DNA of 64,000 nucleotides from Minisyncoccia bacterium (GTDB lineage Bacteria; Patescibacteriota; Minisyncoccia; Phycocordibacterales; DATGWK01): NCBI GenBank assembly GCA_038259265.1, contig JBBSOY010000001.1, positions 562 to 64,561 of the forward strand, read 5' to 3'. Shown piece by piece: positions 49,704 to 58,327 of this stretch (position 1 is its first letter; each line of letters starts with the position of its first letter). The notes under the pieces were generated by a model. It saw only the letters and a program-made list of their open reading frames with translations, ran no database searches and was not told where the DNA came from. The position numbers and the translations under genes were made by a program.

Positions 49704-50612
49704 TTATTTTGCGTAGGACTTTAGCATTGCATCAATGCCCGCGCGATTTTTAGACCATTCAGTGTCTGTGTGGTTGGTCAAAAGGACGCTAATTGCGGGT
49801 ACATTGTTTTTTGCAAACCAGTTAACCATGTCGCCGGTAATTTCGTAAAAATCAAATTCTTGGTAAGCCTTGTAGCCAGAAGCTTTGGCGAAGAGATCGG
49901 TAAGCGCAGCAGTGCCGGTAGAAACGCCGTTGTGGCAGCTTGAAGCAAAGACACCACCCGCTGAGCTATACCATGCAACTACGGCTGTCGGCTTGTTGCC
50001 GTCCACATAATTTTTCAAAGCCATGCTTTCAGGTTCTGAAAATGCTGCAGTGCCGCCGCTTACGTCACGGTTTTGCCATTTTCCAACAGCTTGCCAATCA
50101 CATTCAAAATTACGATTGAGGTCGACATTGTTGCCATTGAAACGGCCAGCAACTAATTTGTCCTGAGAAGACGGAACATCGGAAACGCTAAAGCGACTGG
50201 TAGTGCCAACGGTGGTTTTGAGACCGTCAGGATTTAAAACAGGAATAACGGTGACTTTTACATTTTCAGGCACAAGTTCTGGGTTTGCTTTCAAATAATC
50301 CATGAGCTGGTATGCAACAAGAACCGTGTTCCATTCGTAGCCACCATGAATGCCGCCGACAAACAAAAGTTCGGTGTCGCCGGTGCCGTAGTGGTACGCC
50401 ATAATGTCGTTACCACCAGCAGACTTACCAATAACCATTTCTTCTTTATTTTGTTCCATGACGTCTACGGATGTCGTAGCCACTGGAGTAGTTGGGTTTG
50501 TAACGTTTGGATTTTCTGGAACAACAACGTCGGTCGAAACACTTTTACTAATAAAATAAATTCCGAGGGCGATAAGAATGACAACAACAACTGCAATGAT
50601 AATTTTTTTCAT
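49704..50612 (-). CDS. M14-family zinc carboxypeptidase, tandem paralog
   Basis: Same motifs as the downstream paralog (GGIHGGYEWNTV, VLNPDG, NVDLNRNFEC). Confidence 0.65.
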   Translation of the reverse strand: MKKIIIAVVVVILIALGIYFISKSVSTDVVVPENPNVTNPTTPVATTSVDVMEQNKEEMVIGKSAGGNDIMAYHYGTGDTELLFVGGIHGGYEWNTVLVAYQLMDYLKANPELVPENVKVTVIPVLNPDGLKTTVGTTSRFSVSDVPSSQDKLVAGRFNGNNVDLNRNFECDWQAVGKWQNRDVSGGTAAFSEPESMALKNYVDGNKPTAVVAWYSSAGGVFASSCHNGVSTGTAALTDLFAKASGYKAYQEFDFYEITGDMVNWFAKNNVPAISVLLTNHTDTEWSKNRAGIDAMLKSYAK

Positions 50613-50758
50613 ATGCGTCTATTTTAACACAAAAGCTGTGACTGCAAACAATATTGACATAAATCCTATATATGCTATAATAAACACAGAAGCGGTATAT
50701 GTTGTGCCGCTTGCCCCTGTGGATTTTTGGGCATCTGCCCTTTCGAAAGGATTCGAAA

Positions 50759-50830
50759 TGAATCGTTCCAGAGCTACCGTGTGGTTGTTCATTGGATTCT
50801 GTGTGGGGGCCCTCCTCACACTGATCTAAC
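50759..50830 (+). CDS. candidate small ORF encoding a 23-aa hydrophobic peptide (MNRSRATVWLFIGFCVGALLTLI)
   Basis: AAAGGA SD 6 nt before the ATG. Followed within 25 nt by a terminator hairpin with a T7 run (50853-50876) and a second 13-bp perfect hairpin (50886-50917). Confidence 0.35.
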
Positions 50831-50852
50831 AAAAAATAGCTTCGCCCAAGGC

Positions 50853-50917
50853 CCTGCACGTGCGGGGTTTTTTTATATAAAAAAAGGGCCGCCACACGAG
50901 TATGCGTGTGGCGGCCC
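50853..50917 (+). terminator. tandem hairpins: ccctgcacgtgcgggg+T7 terminator followed by a perfect 13-bp stem-loop
   Basis: Read directly from the sequence. The first is a canonical intrinsic terminator; the second (gggccgccacacg / cgtgtggcggccc) has T/A runs on both sides. Confidence 0.6.
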
Positions 50918-51062
50918 TAGGTCAGATGAGCGGAACAAATTGCTCACCGGATGGGGTCAAAAAATTAATCTCTACATAAAAATATAGCATATTTAAAAAA
51001 TATGGCAAATTATTTAAATTTTGGACAAATTTTAGGTAAGAGTTGATTTTTATAGCACCTAA

Positions 51063-51091
51063 TTGACAAAATATATGTAAATATGTATAAT
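51063..51091 (+). promoter_or_regulatory. perfect-consensus sigma-70 promoter (TTGACA-N17-TATAAT)
   Basis: TTGACA at 51063-51068, 17-nt AT-rich spacer, TATAAT at 51086-51091. The predicted TSS near 51098 gives an about 70-nt leader to the TTG start at 51167. Confidence 0.6.
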
Positions 51092-51166
51092 TATAAAGGA
51101 ATTCATAGCGTTATTTTTAACGTTCAAATCACCCAAAGTAAACCATTTTCATTTGAAAGGAATATC

Positions 51167-51742
51167 TTGGCACAACCTCAATCCCATTTGGCACTTGGAG
51201 CTGTTGTGGGGGCAGCTTGTTTCCCCCATAGTCCCCTGGCACAGATTTTCTGCATCGTCGGTGCAGGAATCCCTGACGTGCCGATCGTCATGGTGGCGAT
51301 CGTCGACATGGCAAACGGCCGCGTGCCGTTTTCAAGCGAGAAAGAGGGCAATGCTTGGTTTACGGCAAAGGAGATCACGCACTCGCCATTTCTGTGGATG
51401 TTCGGGATGGTTGCCGGCCTCATCGTGGAAACCGTCGCAGGAAACTTCCCCGGCACCCTCATCTTCGCTTTCTTTGGGGGAATCTTTTCCCACTGGATAG
51501 TGGATGTGTTGACCCACTGCGGACCGAAGTTCAGGGCGACGGACCAGAGCCTCGCTTGGCCTTTGTATCAGTTGGGTCTATTGCCGAAGCTCGGCCAGTT
51601 CTGTGGGATCTGGGAGTACCGCGGTGACAAACCGGGGCTCGCTGCCAAACCACCAGAGCTTGTGATGAGCATTGTATGCTTGTGCATATTTTTGCTCCTC
51701 ACCCTACACAACTACCCCACCTTTGTGTGGTGGCCGTCGTAA
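51167..51742 (+). CDS. membrane-bound metal-dependent hydrolase family protein (DUF457/YdjM-like)
   Basis: TTG start with AAAGGAA SD 5 nt upstream. The track ATG at 51083 lies inside the promoter. His-rich TM protein (HSPL, SHWIVDVLTH). Confidence 0.45.
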   Translation: MAQPQSHLALGAVVGAACFPHSPLAQIFCIVGAGIPDVPIVMVAIVDMANGRVPFSSEKEGNAWFTAKEITHSPFLWMFGMVAGLIVETVAGNFPGTLIFAFFGGIFSHWIVDVLTHCGPKFRATDQSLAWPLYQLGLLPKLGQFCGIWEYRGDKPGLAAKPPELVMSIVCLCIFLLLTLHNYPTFVWWPS

Positions 51743-51791
51743 GGACAATTAGGGGGTTAGGGGGACAGAAATAAAAAAAATCGAAAAACCA

Positions 51792-51829
51792 AAGGGCTGG
51801 ATCTTGAATGATCCAGCCCTTTTTTCATT
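51792..51829. terminator. bidirectional rho-independent terminator
   Basis: aagggctggatc-ttgaat-gatccagccctt stem followed by TTTTTT; sits between convergent genes. Confidence 0.7.
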
Positions 51830-51842
51830 CTACTTTTTGTTT

Positions 51843-52586
51843 TTATTTTTTAATCTTTTCGATTTCTTTTTTTATTTCCTCATACCACACACCGTAGCCG
51901 TCGCCGCTCGGATGAAAAAGATCAATGGCATAATAGCGCTCAACATCATTTAAAAAAATATCGTCTTGAGGATTTCGAAAAAGATCAACGTAAGAAACAG
52001 ACGGACGGTTTTGAACAGCAGTCAAAAAAATTTCTCGGACAGCAACTGTTCGCGATCTCAAATATACAGAAAGCGGCCATCGAAAAACTGGCGAGGCTCC
52101 AACATTTCCGGAAGTCAAAACGACCGTGTTCGAAGCAAATTTTTCGGCAATATCAAGAATTGCCACAATACTTTTTTCAATACTTTTATAAGACGTCTGG
52201 CCAACGATGTCGTTCGCACCGATCTGAATGAGCAAAAGATCGTATTTTGGTTGAGGGTGATTTGTCGTAAATTCTTTAAGCTTTTCCTCAAGCTCGGCCA
52301 GTTTCAGACCATTTTCAGAAATGTTCATGATACCAGCATCGGGATAGTCCGCACCAAGACGGCCGGCGGTCGAAAATTTCGGATCAGCAGCACCTGTGCC
52401 AACTCCCGTACTATCACCCGCAACCAACACTCGGAAATTTGGTTGCGCTGGATGCTGTTGAAACGGCGTCGTATTTTTTTCAATTTCTTTGCTCGTCCGT
52501 ATCGCAGAAAAAATTGGGTACGAAAAATACAGGCCGATCAATACACACATAAGAAAAACCAGAATAATAATCGAAAACAATTTCAT
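51843..52586 (-). CDS. SGNH/GDSL hydrolase family lipase/esterase, membrane-anchored
   Basis: VLVAGDSTGVG (block I GDS), GANDI (block III), DLFHPS (block V DxxH). Confidence 0.7.
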   Translation of the reverse strand: MKLFSIIILVFLMCVLIGLYFSYPIFSAIRTSKEIEKNTTPFQQHPAQPNFRVLVAGDSTGVGTGAADPKFSTAGRLGADYPDAGIMNISENGLKLAELEEKLKEFTTNHPQPKYDLLLIQIGANDIVGQTSYKSIEKSIVAILDIAEKFASNTVVLTSGNVGASPVFRWPLSVYLRSRTVAVREIFLTAVQNRPSVSYVDLFRNPQDDIFLNDVERYYAIDLFHPSGDGYGVWYEEIKKEIEKIKK

Positions 52587-52921
52587 GCTGGCAAGACTTT
52601 TGGTTTTTTAAAAATAAGAGTCATTTTTTGTGGCCGGGTCATGGTTTTAATTTCATGTTCGCGAGCACTCGCTCTCGACCGAGTTTTGTATATTTCCGAA
52701 TACGCCAAACGCACAGGCCGGTGACTTCGTGTATATTTTGCTCCGCCGCGAACCTCGCCATTGTGCTGCCGGAGGCGTTTTTTTAAATCACGCGCAATGC
52801 CTGTGTAGAAACTGTCGTCAGCACATTGGAGCATATATACAAAATAGGCAGTGTTGCGAGAAATATGTTTTCGGCCAGCAGACTTTTGAAGCGAGACTTC
52901 AGCTTTTTTACTACGTATCAT
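52583..52921 (-). CDS. GIY-YIG nuclease family protein (UPF0213/YhbQ-like)
   Basis: 112 aa. YFVYMLQCADDSFYTGIARDLKKRLRQHN matches the GIY-YIG core. Confidence 0.65.
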   Translation of the reverse strand: MIRSKKAEVSLQKSAGRKHISRNTAYFVYMLQCADDSFYTGIARDLKKRLRQHNGEVRGGAKYTRSHRPVRLAYSEIYKTRSRASAREHEIKTMTRPQKMTLIFKKPKVLPA

Positions 52922-52933
52922 TCCCGATTTAGG

Positions 52934-53893
52934 CTACTGATTCACCACAAGCGTCCGGCGGATTTGGTCGAACTGATTTTTAAGAGCGACCGCATCAAAT
53001 TCACGGACCGTACCTTCAGGATAATTGGCGAGCACGCCATAATGCACACGATATCGAATTGCAACGCAGGGGTTGGTACCCGGAATTGCATATACTGTTT
53101 CTTCGTAGCGATTTCCGGCACCCGCACCGCTGGCCGAAGCCATCGAGTACGTAAGCATACCTTCGGTGACGTCTTCGGTTGTCGGCGCTCCATCGAGAAA
53201 CAAGTCGGCAGTACAGGAGCGATCCGCGGGCGTTCGAGGAAATTGTTCGACGCTCAGGTATGTGTCAGATGAAAGATTTGTGTCACCTTTGAGCGTTTGC
53301 GGGATTGTAAACTGCGTGCCGGCAATAGATTTTCCTGGACCCATGCCTTGGTATGCATAGGATTCTTTCACACTGTAGCCGGTTGGATACCGAAGGGTGA
53401 AACCTTTTTCATTGCTGTGATACACCTCTTCGAGTCCACCCAAATCTTCTACCAGACCGATGCAGCCGATATAACTTTTTTCTGAATTGTTTTCGAGCAC
53501 AAGCGCGCCATTGCCTTTCGCCCAAAACACAAACGATTCATCATCATTTGCAAAACGCGCGCCGTCAGCAGAAATCGTTTGAAGAAGAGTCATCGAACGT
53601 CCGTCGCTTAATTTCAAATCGACGCTGCCCGTAGGAACCGGTGCGGCGTCTGCGGTGGTAGAAGCATTTTCGTCTGCGACCACAGGAGCGACATCGCGGC
53701 CATCAAAAAAAGCCACATCGATTCTTTTGTTTTGGTCGCAGGCGTACGACAACACGGCGATCGGGGTCGAATCCAAAGACTCATTTTTATTTTGAAACAT
53801 CTGCACGATAAAGCCAATAATAAACAGCAGGACAATCGCACCAACGAGAGCTAAGAGCAAGTTGGTGTTTTGATGTGTTTTCTGAGTTTCCAT
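52934..53893 (-). CDS. membrane-anchored protein with MliC-like (lysozyme inhibitor) domain plus uncharacterised C-terminal domain
   Basis: YACDQNKRIDVAFFDG...LSDGRSMTLLQTISADGARF...FVFWAKGNGALVLENN...C pattern of MliC/PliC. Confidence 0.5.
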   Translation of the reverse strand: METQKTHQNTNLLLALVGAIVLLFIIGFIVQMFQNKNESLDSTPIAVLSYACDQNKRIDVAFFDGRDVAPVVADENASTTADAAPVPTGSVDLKLSDGRSMTLLQTISADGARFANDDESFVFWAKGNGALVLENNSEKSYIGCIGLVEDLGGLEEVYHSNEKGFTLRYPTGYSVKESYAYQGMGPGKSIAGTQFTIPQTLKGDTNLSSDTYLSVEQFPRTPADRSCTADLFLDGAPTTEDVTEGMLTYSMASASGAGAGNRYEETVYAIPGTNPCVAIRYRVHYGVLANYPEGTVREFDAVALKNQFDQIRRTLVVNQ

Positions 53894-53944
53894 ATAGATT
53901 TATATTTTATTACTAATCGGCTTTGTTAATATATTGTAACAAAG

Positions 53945-54583
53945 TTATTTTTGAGAGGGCTGTGTGATTTTCGAAAGTATTTTTTTGAGCTGCGCGCGCT
54001 GTTCGGGGTCGCGGGCGACATGAATGACTGTGGGCAAAATCGACAGAAAAATAATGAGCACGATGATTGGCAACAAATAGTGGTCGATGTTTGGTACCGC
54101 TTTGCCGAGAAAAAAACCACCGAGCGTTATACCAAAGGTCCACAAAAAACCACCAAGAACATTGTACAAAAGAAAGGTGCGGTAGCGCATGGTACCGACA
54201 CCAGCGATGACCGGCACAAAAGTCCGAACGATCGGCAGAAACCGCGCCAGAATGATGGTCTTGGCACCGTGCTTTTCAAAAAAAAGATTCGCCCGAGCAA
54301 TCTGCGCTGGGTTAAACCAGAACGAATCTTCATTTTTAAAAATTGCCGGGCCGGCTTTTTTGCCGATGCTATAGCCCACGCTGTCGCCCACCACAGCCGC
54401 CACAAAACTACTGACCACAAGCAGCGTAATATTTAAATACCCCTGTGACGCAAGCAATCCCGCGGTAAAAAGCAAACTGTCTCCTGGTAGAAAAAAACCG
54501 ATGAGCAGTGCAGACTCAGCAAAAACAATACCAGCCACCCCGAGAATCCCCGCCGCTTTGATGAATGGAATGAGTTCAAACAT
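53945..54583 (-). CDS. DedA/SNARE-associated family membrane protein
   Basis: FLPGDSLLFTAG motif, 212 aa. Confidence 0.8.
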   Translation of the reverse strand: MFELIPFIKAAGILGVAGIVFAESALLIGFFLPGDSLLFTAGLLASQGYLNITLLVVSSFVAAVVGDSVGYSIGKKAGPAIFKNEDSFWFNPAQIARANLFFEKHGAKTIILARFLPIVRTFVPVIAGVGTMRYRTFLLYNVLGGFLWTFGITLGGFFLGKAVPNIDHYLLPIIVLIIFLSILPTVIHVARDPEQRAQLKKILSKITQPSQK

Positions 54584-54640
54584 GTACGGTCATTATATGG
54601 TATACGCAGGCTGTTACCTATTTGAAAGAAATAACGTGTC

Positions 54641-55495
54641 TTATTTCTTCAACACATGCACCATGCGCTGTGGAAATGGAATTTCAATACCCTCTTTGTC
54701 GAAAGCAATTTTCAAACGCTTGCGCAGTTCGCCCGCAACATCCCATTGCCGAATGGGCTCCGTGTCGCCCAAAATTTTTATCATAATTGCAGAAGCGGCA
54801 AAATCGTCGACACGCAAAAACGCCGGCGCTTTCAAAATTAAATCTTTCCAAGCCGGGTCTTCGGCTAATTCTTTCCCAACACGATTCACAACTACAATGA
54901 CATGCTCGAGATCCGAGTTATACGAAACGCCGATGTTGAGATTCACCCGAGAAAAACCTTTCGAAAGATTCGACACGGTGTGAATTTCTCCGTGCGGCAC
55001 ATGATGGACCGTGCCGTTGAGGTCGCGGAGCGTGGTCATACGCAGCGTCACGTTTTCCACAAGCCCGCAGGTTGAATCAAAACATACAACGTCGCCTGCG
55101 CGATACTGATTTTCAAGAATAATAAAAATGCCGGAGATGAGGTCGCGGATGAGATACTGTCCGCCGAAACCAAACGCCAAACCAGCAACACCCGCCGCTG
55201 CCAAAAGCGGCCCGACCGCAATGCCGAATTCGGAAAGAAGCATCATGAGCGCGACGAGCCAAATGATGACCGCAACCGTGCCATTCATGACCTGAATGAT
55301 CGTGTTTTCGCGCTTTTCTTCGGATGCATGCGTGCCGCTGCCCTGTTTTATAAAACGCCGAACAACACGCTCGACAATTTTGCCCGCAAAATGCTGCACC
55401 ACAAGCGTTACGATAATAATAGCGACCACGCGCACACCATGTCGAAGCATCCAGGCATACACAATGGCCGGAAAATTCATAATAAATTCATTCAT
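54641..55495 (-). CDS. mscS: small-conductance mechanosensitive channel (MscS family)
   Basis: 3 TM helices plus the MscS beta domain (GDVVCFDSTCGLVENVTLRMTTLRDLNGTVHHVPHG). Confidence 0.8.
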   Translation of the reverse strand: MNEFIMNFPAIVYAWMLRHGVRVVAIIIVTLVVQHFAGKIVERVVRRFIKQGSGTHASEEKRENTIIQVMNGTVAVIIWLVALMMLLSEFGIAVGPLLAAAGVAGLAFGFGGQYLIRDLISGIFIILENQYRAGDVVCFDSTCGLVENVTLRMTTLRDLNGTVHHVPHGEIHTVSNLSKGFSRVNLNIGVSYNSDLEHVIVVVNRVGKELAEDPAWKDLILKAPAFLRVDDFAASAIMIKILGDTEPIRQWDVAGELRKRLKIAFDKEGIEIPFPQRMVHVLKK

Positions 55496-55568
55496 ACATA
55501 CACCTTACCCGTGTCATGCACCGATGGCAAATGAGCCGCGGTGTTTCAAGTTAATTTTAGCCACTCAC

Positions 55569-56051
55569 TTATCCCCGGCGGGCATGGTCGATGGTCGCGA
55601 CGTCGATCTTTTTCATGGTCATCATCGCATCAAAAGCCCGTTTTGCTTCTGCACCACCCACAGCAAGCGCTTCGGTGAGTGTTCGAGGCGTGATCTGCCA
55701 CGACACTCCCCAGCGATCCTTACACCAACCACATTCACTTTCCTTTCCACCATTTTGAACGATAGCATTCCAGTAGCGATCCGTTTCTTCTTGAGAATCC
55801 GTCGCAATCTGAAAAGAGAAAGCTTCGGTTTGTTTAAATACAGGACCGCCATTGAGGCCAATGCATGGAATTCCACACACTGTGAACTCTACCGTGAGAA
55901 CGTCGCCTTCCTTGCCGCCCGGAAAATCCGAGGGTGCATGAAAAACATGGACGAGCGCACTGTCCGGAAAAGTAGCTGCATAAAAATTTGCTGCGTCTTC
56001 CGCACCCGTATCAAACCAGAGACATATTGTATTTTTTGGTATTGTTTTCAT
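55569..56051 (-). CDS. VOC/glyoxalase-superfamily protein, PhnB-like (DUF1428-type)
   Basis: ICLWFD...AEDAANFY...NGGP...EE.DRYW...CGWCKDRWGVSWQI matches the PhnB-like family. Confidence 0.6.
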   Translation of the reverse strand: MKTIPKNTICLWFDTGAEDAANFYAATFPDSALVHVFHAPSDFPGGKEGDVLTVEFTVCGIPCIGLNGGPVFKQTEAFSFQIATDSQEETDRYWNAIVQNGGKESECGWCKDRWGVSWQITPRTLTEALAVGGAEAKRAFDAMMTMKKIDVATIDHARRG

Positions 56052-56448
56052 GGGTTTATTTTACACCACTTTAGTTTTCGAAGATGCTGCCATTTCTCCA
56101 GCCGTAATTACAAAATAGCACTTCTATCGCCATCATGTCCTACTGAACAGCTGACTCCTCCATGACCCGAACACTCACCCGATCAATTTTTGCTTAAAAT
56201 TTATACAGAATATTTAGTAATAAAAAAAACGACCGATTGCTCGGCCGCTCTGTGATCAGACTTTCTCCTGATTATTTGAAAAGTCCTGAGAACTCCTCGG
56301 GCGACATGTCGTAGTTGAAGCCACGGGCTCTTTGGGGGTTAGGTCTCTTATTAAGTTGTACAAGGACAATGATAGCAAATTTTACTATCAGTTTGCACCT
56401 TAGCTTAGATACGGAGGATTGCGAAGTATGACTGCCAACAATGGCTAA

Positions 56449-56916
56449 TCATTTATGTCTTCTCTCGGCTAATTTGATAAACAATTCCTGCACATAGTCT
56501 GGGAATCCATTTTTAACGTTGTTCAAAAATAAATCCCGTACTTCCAATTGGTAAAGTTTGAGATCAGATAATGTATCAATATCAATCCACATCGGTTCGT
56601 ACACTTGCTCTCCATCCTTCATCTGTTCGAGTTCTTCCGAATCTGATCGCAGTTGAGCTTTCCCGGACACATATTCACAGAGGTAGAAAAAATTCTCTTC
56701 ACCCGTATCCCAGGTAATATGGTATACAAATTTTCTTGGAATAACTGCGATTGATGTCTCTTCGCTTATCTCACGAACAGTTGCCTGTTCGGGTGTCTCC
56801 CCTTTTTCAACACCACCGCCAGGAAATACATAGTATTCATCGCTTTTATTTATACGATGTATAACAAGCACCTTATTGCCTTTGATTACTATTCCAGCTG
56901 AGCGGTTTCGGTTCAT
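56449..56916 (-). CDS. NUDIX hydrolase
   Basis: Nudix box GGGVEKGETPEQATVREISEETSI. Confidence 0.8.
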   Translation of the reverse strand: MNRNRSAGIVIKGNKVLVIHRINKSDEYYVFPGGGVEKGETPEQATVREISEETSIAVIPRKFVYHITWDTGEENFFYLCEYVSGKAQLRSDSEELEQMKDGEQVYEPMWIDIDTLSDLKLYQLEVRDLFLNNVKNGFPDYVQELFIKLAERRHK

Positions 56917-56964
56917 TATAGATATCTAAAGAATAAAATAACCCTAAGAAATAAACCCAGACCA

Positions 56965-57634
56965 CTAATTAACTCTCGAACCAGGCTCGAGTACTTTTTT
57001 AATAAAAAGATTGAAGACTGCTACATGTCCAGGGCCCACAGTTTCTATATCATCCGCTGTAACATACAATCGAGCGTTCTCGGGAACACATATTATTTTT
57101 TTGAAATTAAATTCCTTAATATATCGCTTAGTATCCCCATCAGCATCTGGAGAATAATGACACCAAATTTCATACCCATGAACTAAATCTAGTGCAGTAA
57201 AATCACTCAATTCAATTTTGTTTTCATCTAAATAAGCACATGAAATGATACTTTTTGCAAAAATGATTGCGCCCGTACTACCACCGTAAATAGGCATATT
57301 TTTTTGCAATACTTTGCAGAATATCACATGTACCGAATTCTTTAAGCTCTTTGAGAAGCTTGTACGTATTTCCACCACCAATATAAGTACCGCTGAATTG
57401 TTCGAAGCCTTACTCCTCTTTCGAGATTAGATCCTCTTCTACCCACATCACAAAATTAGTAACCCCCAAAGGAGCCAAAACGCCGGACAACCAGGCTACG
57501 CAACCAGAATAAGGGTATTTCTCGGTATTTGCCGCTATAGGAATATACAAAAGTGGTTTAGAGAGATTCAAAGAGCTGACAAATTTTTTGTCGAGTTCAA
57601 ATGAATCCTTACCTCCACCTAAAAATAACCTCAT
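56965..57634 (-). pseudogene. disrupted S51 peptidase (dipeptidase E / PepE-like) with an in-frame TAA and a frameshift
   Basis: The two track ORFs (57410..57634 and 56965..57381) together cover a PepE homolog. Reading through the TAA at 57412-57410 gives GFEQFSGTYIGGGNTYKLLKELKE (PepE GGGNTF motif). The downstream YGGSTGAIIF (SAGA catalytic Ser) is in another frame. Confidence 0.55.
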
Positions 57635-57674
57635 GGCGCTATGATAACTTTTTTGGGTCGACTTAGACGAGAAT

Positions 57675-58076
57675 TTATTTAAGATCCCTGAAAAACAAAG
57701 CGAGTTTTGAATGCGTTTCTTTCAGTTCCGATTCCGATACTCTTTTTGCTCTTTCTGGATTTAATTCATTACCATTATTCACAGGTACTAAATGTACGTG
57801 AACATGTGGCACACCGAATCCTTCGACTGCCAATCCAACACGAACTGCAGATACAGCATCTTTCAAAGGAATCGCAACTTTTCTTGCTGTTTGAAATAAT
57901 TCACTAAAGAGGGGTTCAGGAATCTCATACACATCACCAAAATGTTCTTTAGGTATAAGCAAAAGGTGTCCTGGGTTGATAGGACGAATATCTAAGATTA
58001 CCAGGAAGCGATCATTTTCCCAGACCTTAAGAGCAGTTTTCTTATTATTTATAATGTCACAAAATAAACATTGCAT
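57675..58076 (-). CDS. HIT-family (histidine triad) nucleotide hydrolase
   Basis: HVHVHLVP histidine triad motif, 133 aa. Confidence 0.85.
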   Translation of the reverse strand: MQCLFCDIINNKKTALKVWENDRFLVILDIRPINPGHLLLIPKEHFGDVYEIPEPLFSELFQTARKVAIPLKDAVSAVRVGLAVEGFGVPHVHVHLVPVNNGNELNPERAKRVSESELKETHSKLALFFRDLK

Positions 58077-58253
58077 GGAAATAATATACCATAGAATGTA
58101 AAAAATAAAAGGGGCAGCCAGATTATGACCGCCCCTTCAAAAGAGACAACTGTTTCGTGTATTCTACTATCCTACTAACAAAAACAGGATTGCCCGCAGG
58201 GTTGTGTCGAATCGAGATGCGTATACTGAGAAGTGTTTTGATCTTGTTTATAT

Positions 58254-58270
58254 AAAAAAAAAGGGGGGGG
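58254..58270 (+). repeat. homopolymeric tract A9 G8 in the promoter region of the 58328 gene
   Basis: aaaaaaaaa gggggggg read directly, about 58 nt upstream of the ATG, in an otherwise 30-35% GC context. Confidence 0.9.
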
Positions 58271-58327
58271 TGCGAAGCTTGAATTAACAACAAATCTGAT
58301 TTCTAACCAGTACTATATAATAAATGA

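Noticed and set aside
51083-51166. ATG start at 51083 for the DUF457-like gene
   Set aside because: That ATG lies inside the -10 element of a perfect TTGACA-N17-TATAAT promoter, upstream of the predicted TSS. A TTG with an AAAGGAA SD at 51167 is the first plausible start.
57381-57412. Alternative genetic code (stop-codon reassignment) to explain the in-frame TAA in the PepE-like gene
   Set aside because: TGA and TAA serve as genuine stops throughout (e.g. the TGA at 61279 overlapping the next ATG, the TAA at 1517). No long ORF needs read-through. A frameshift is also required, so pseudogenisation or a sequencing error is the simpler explanation.
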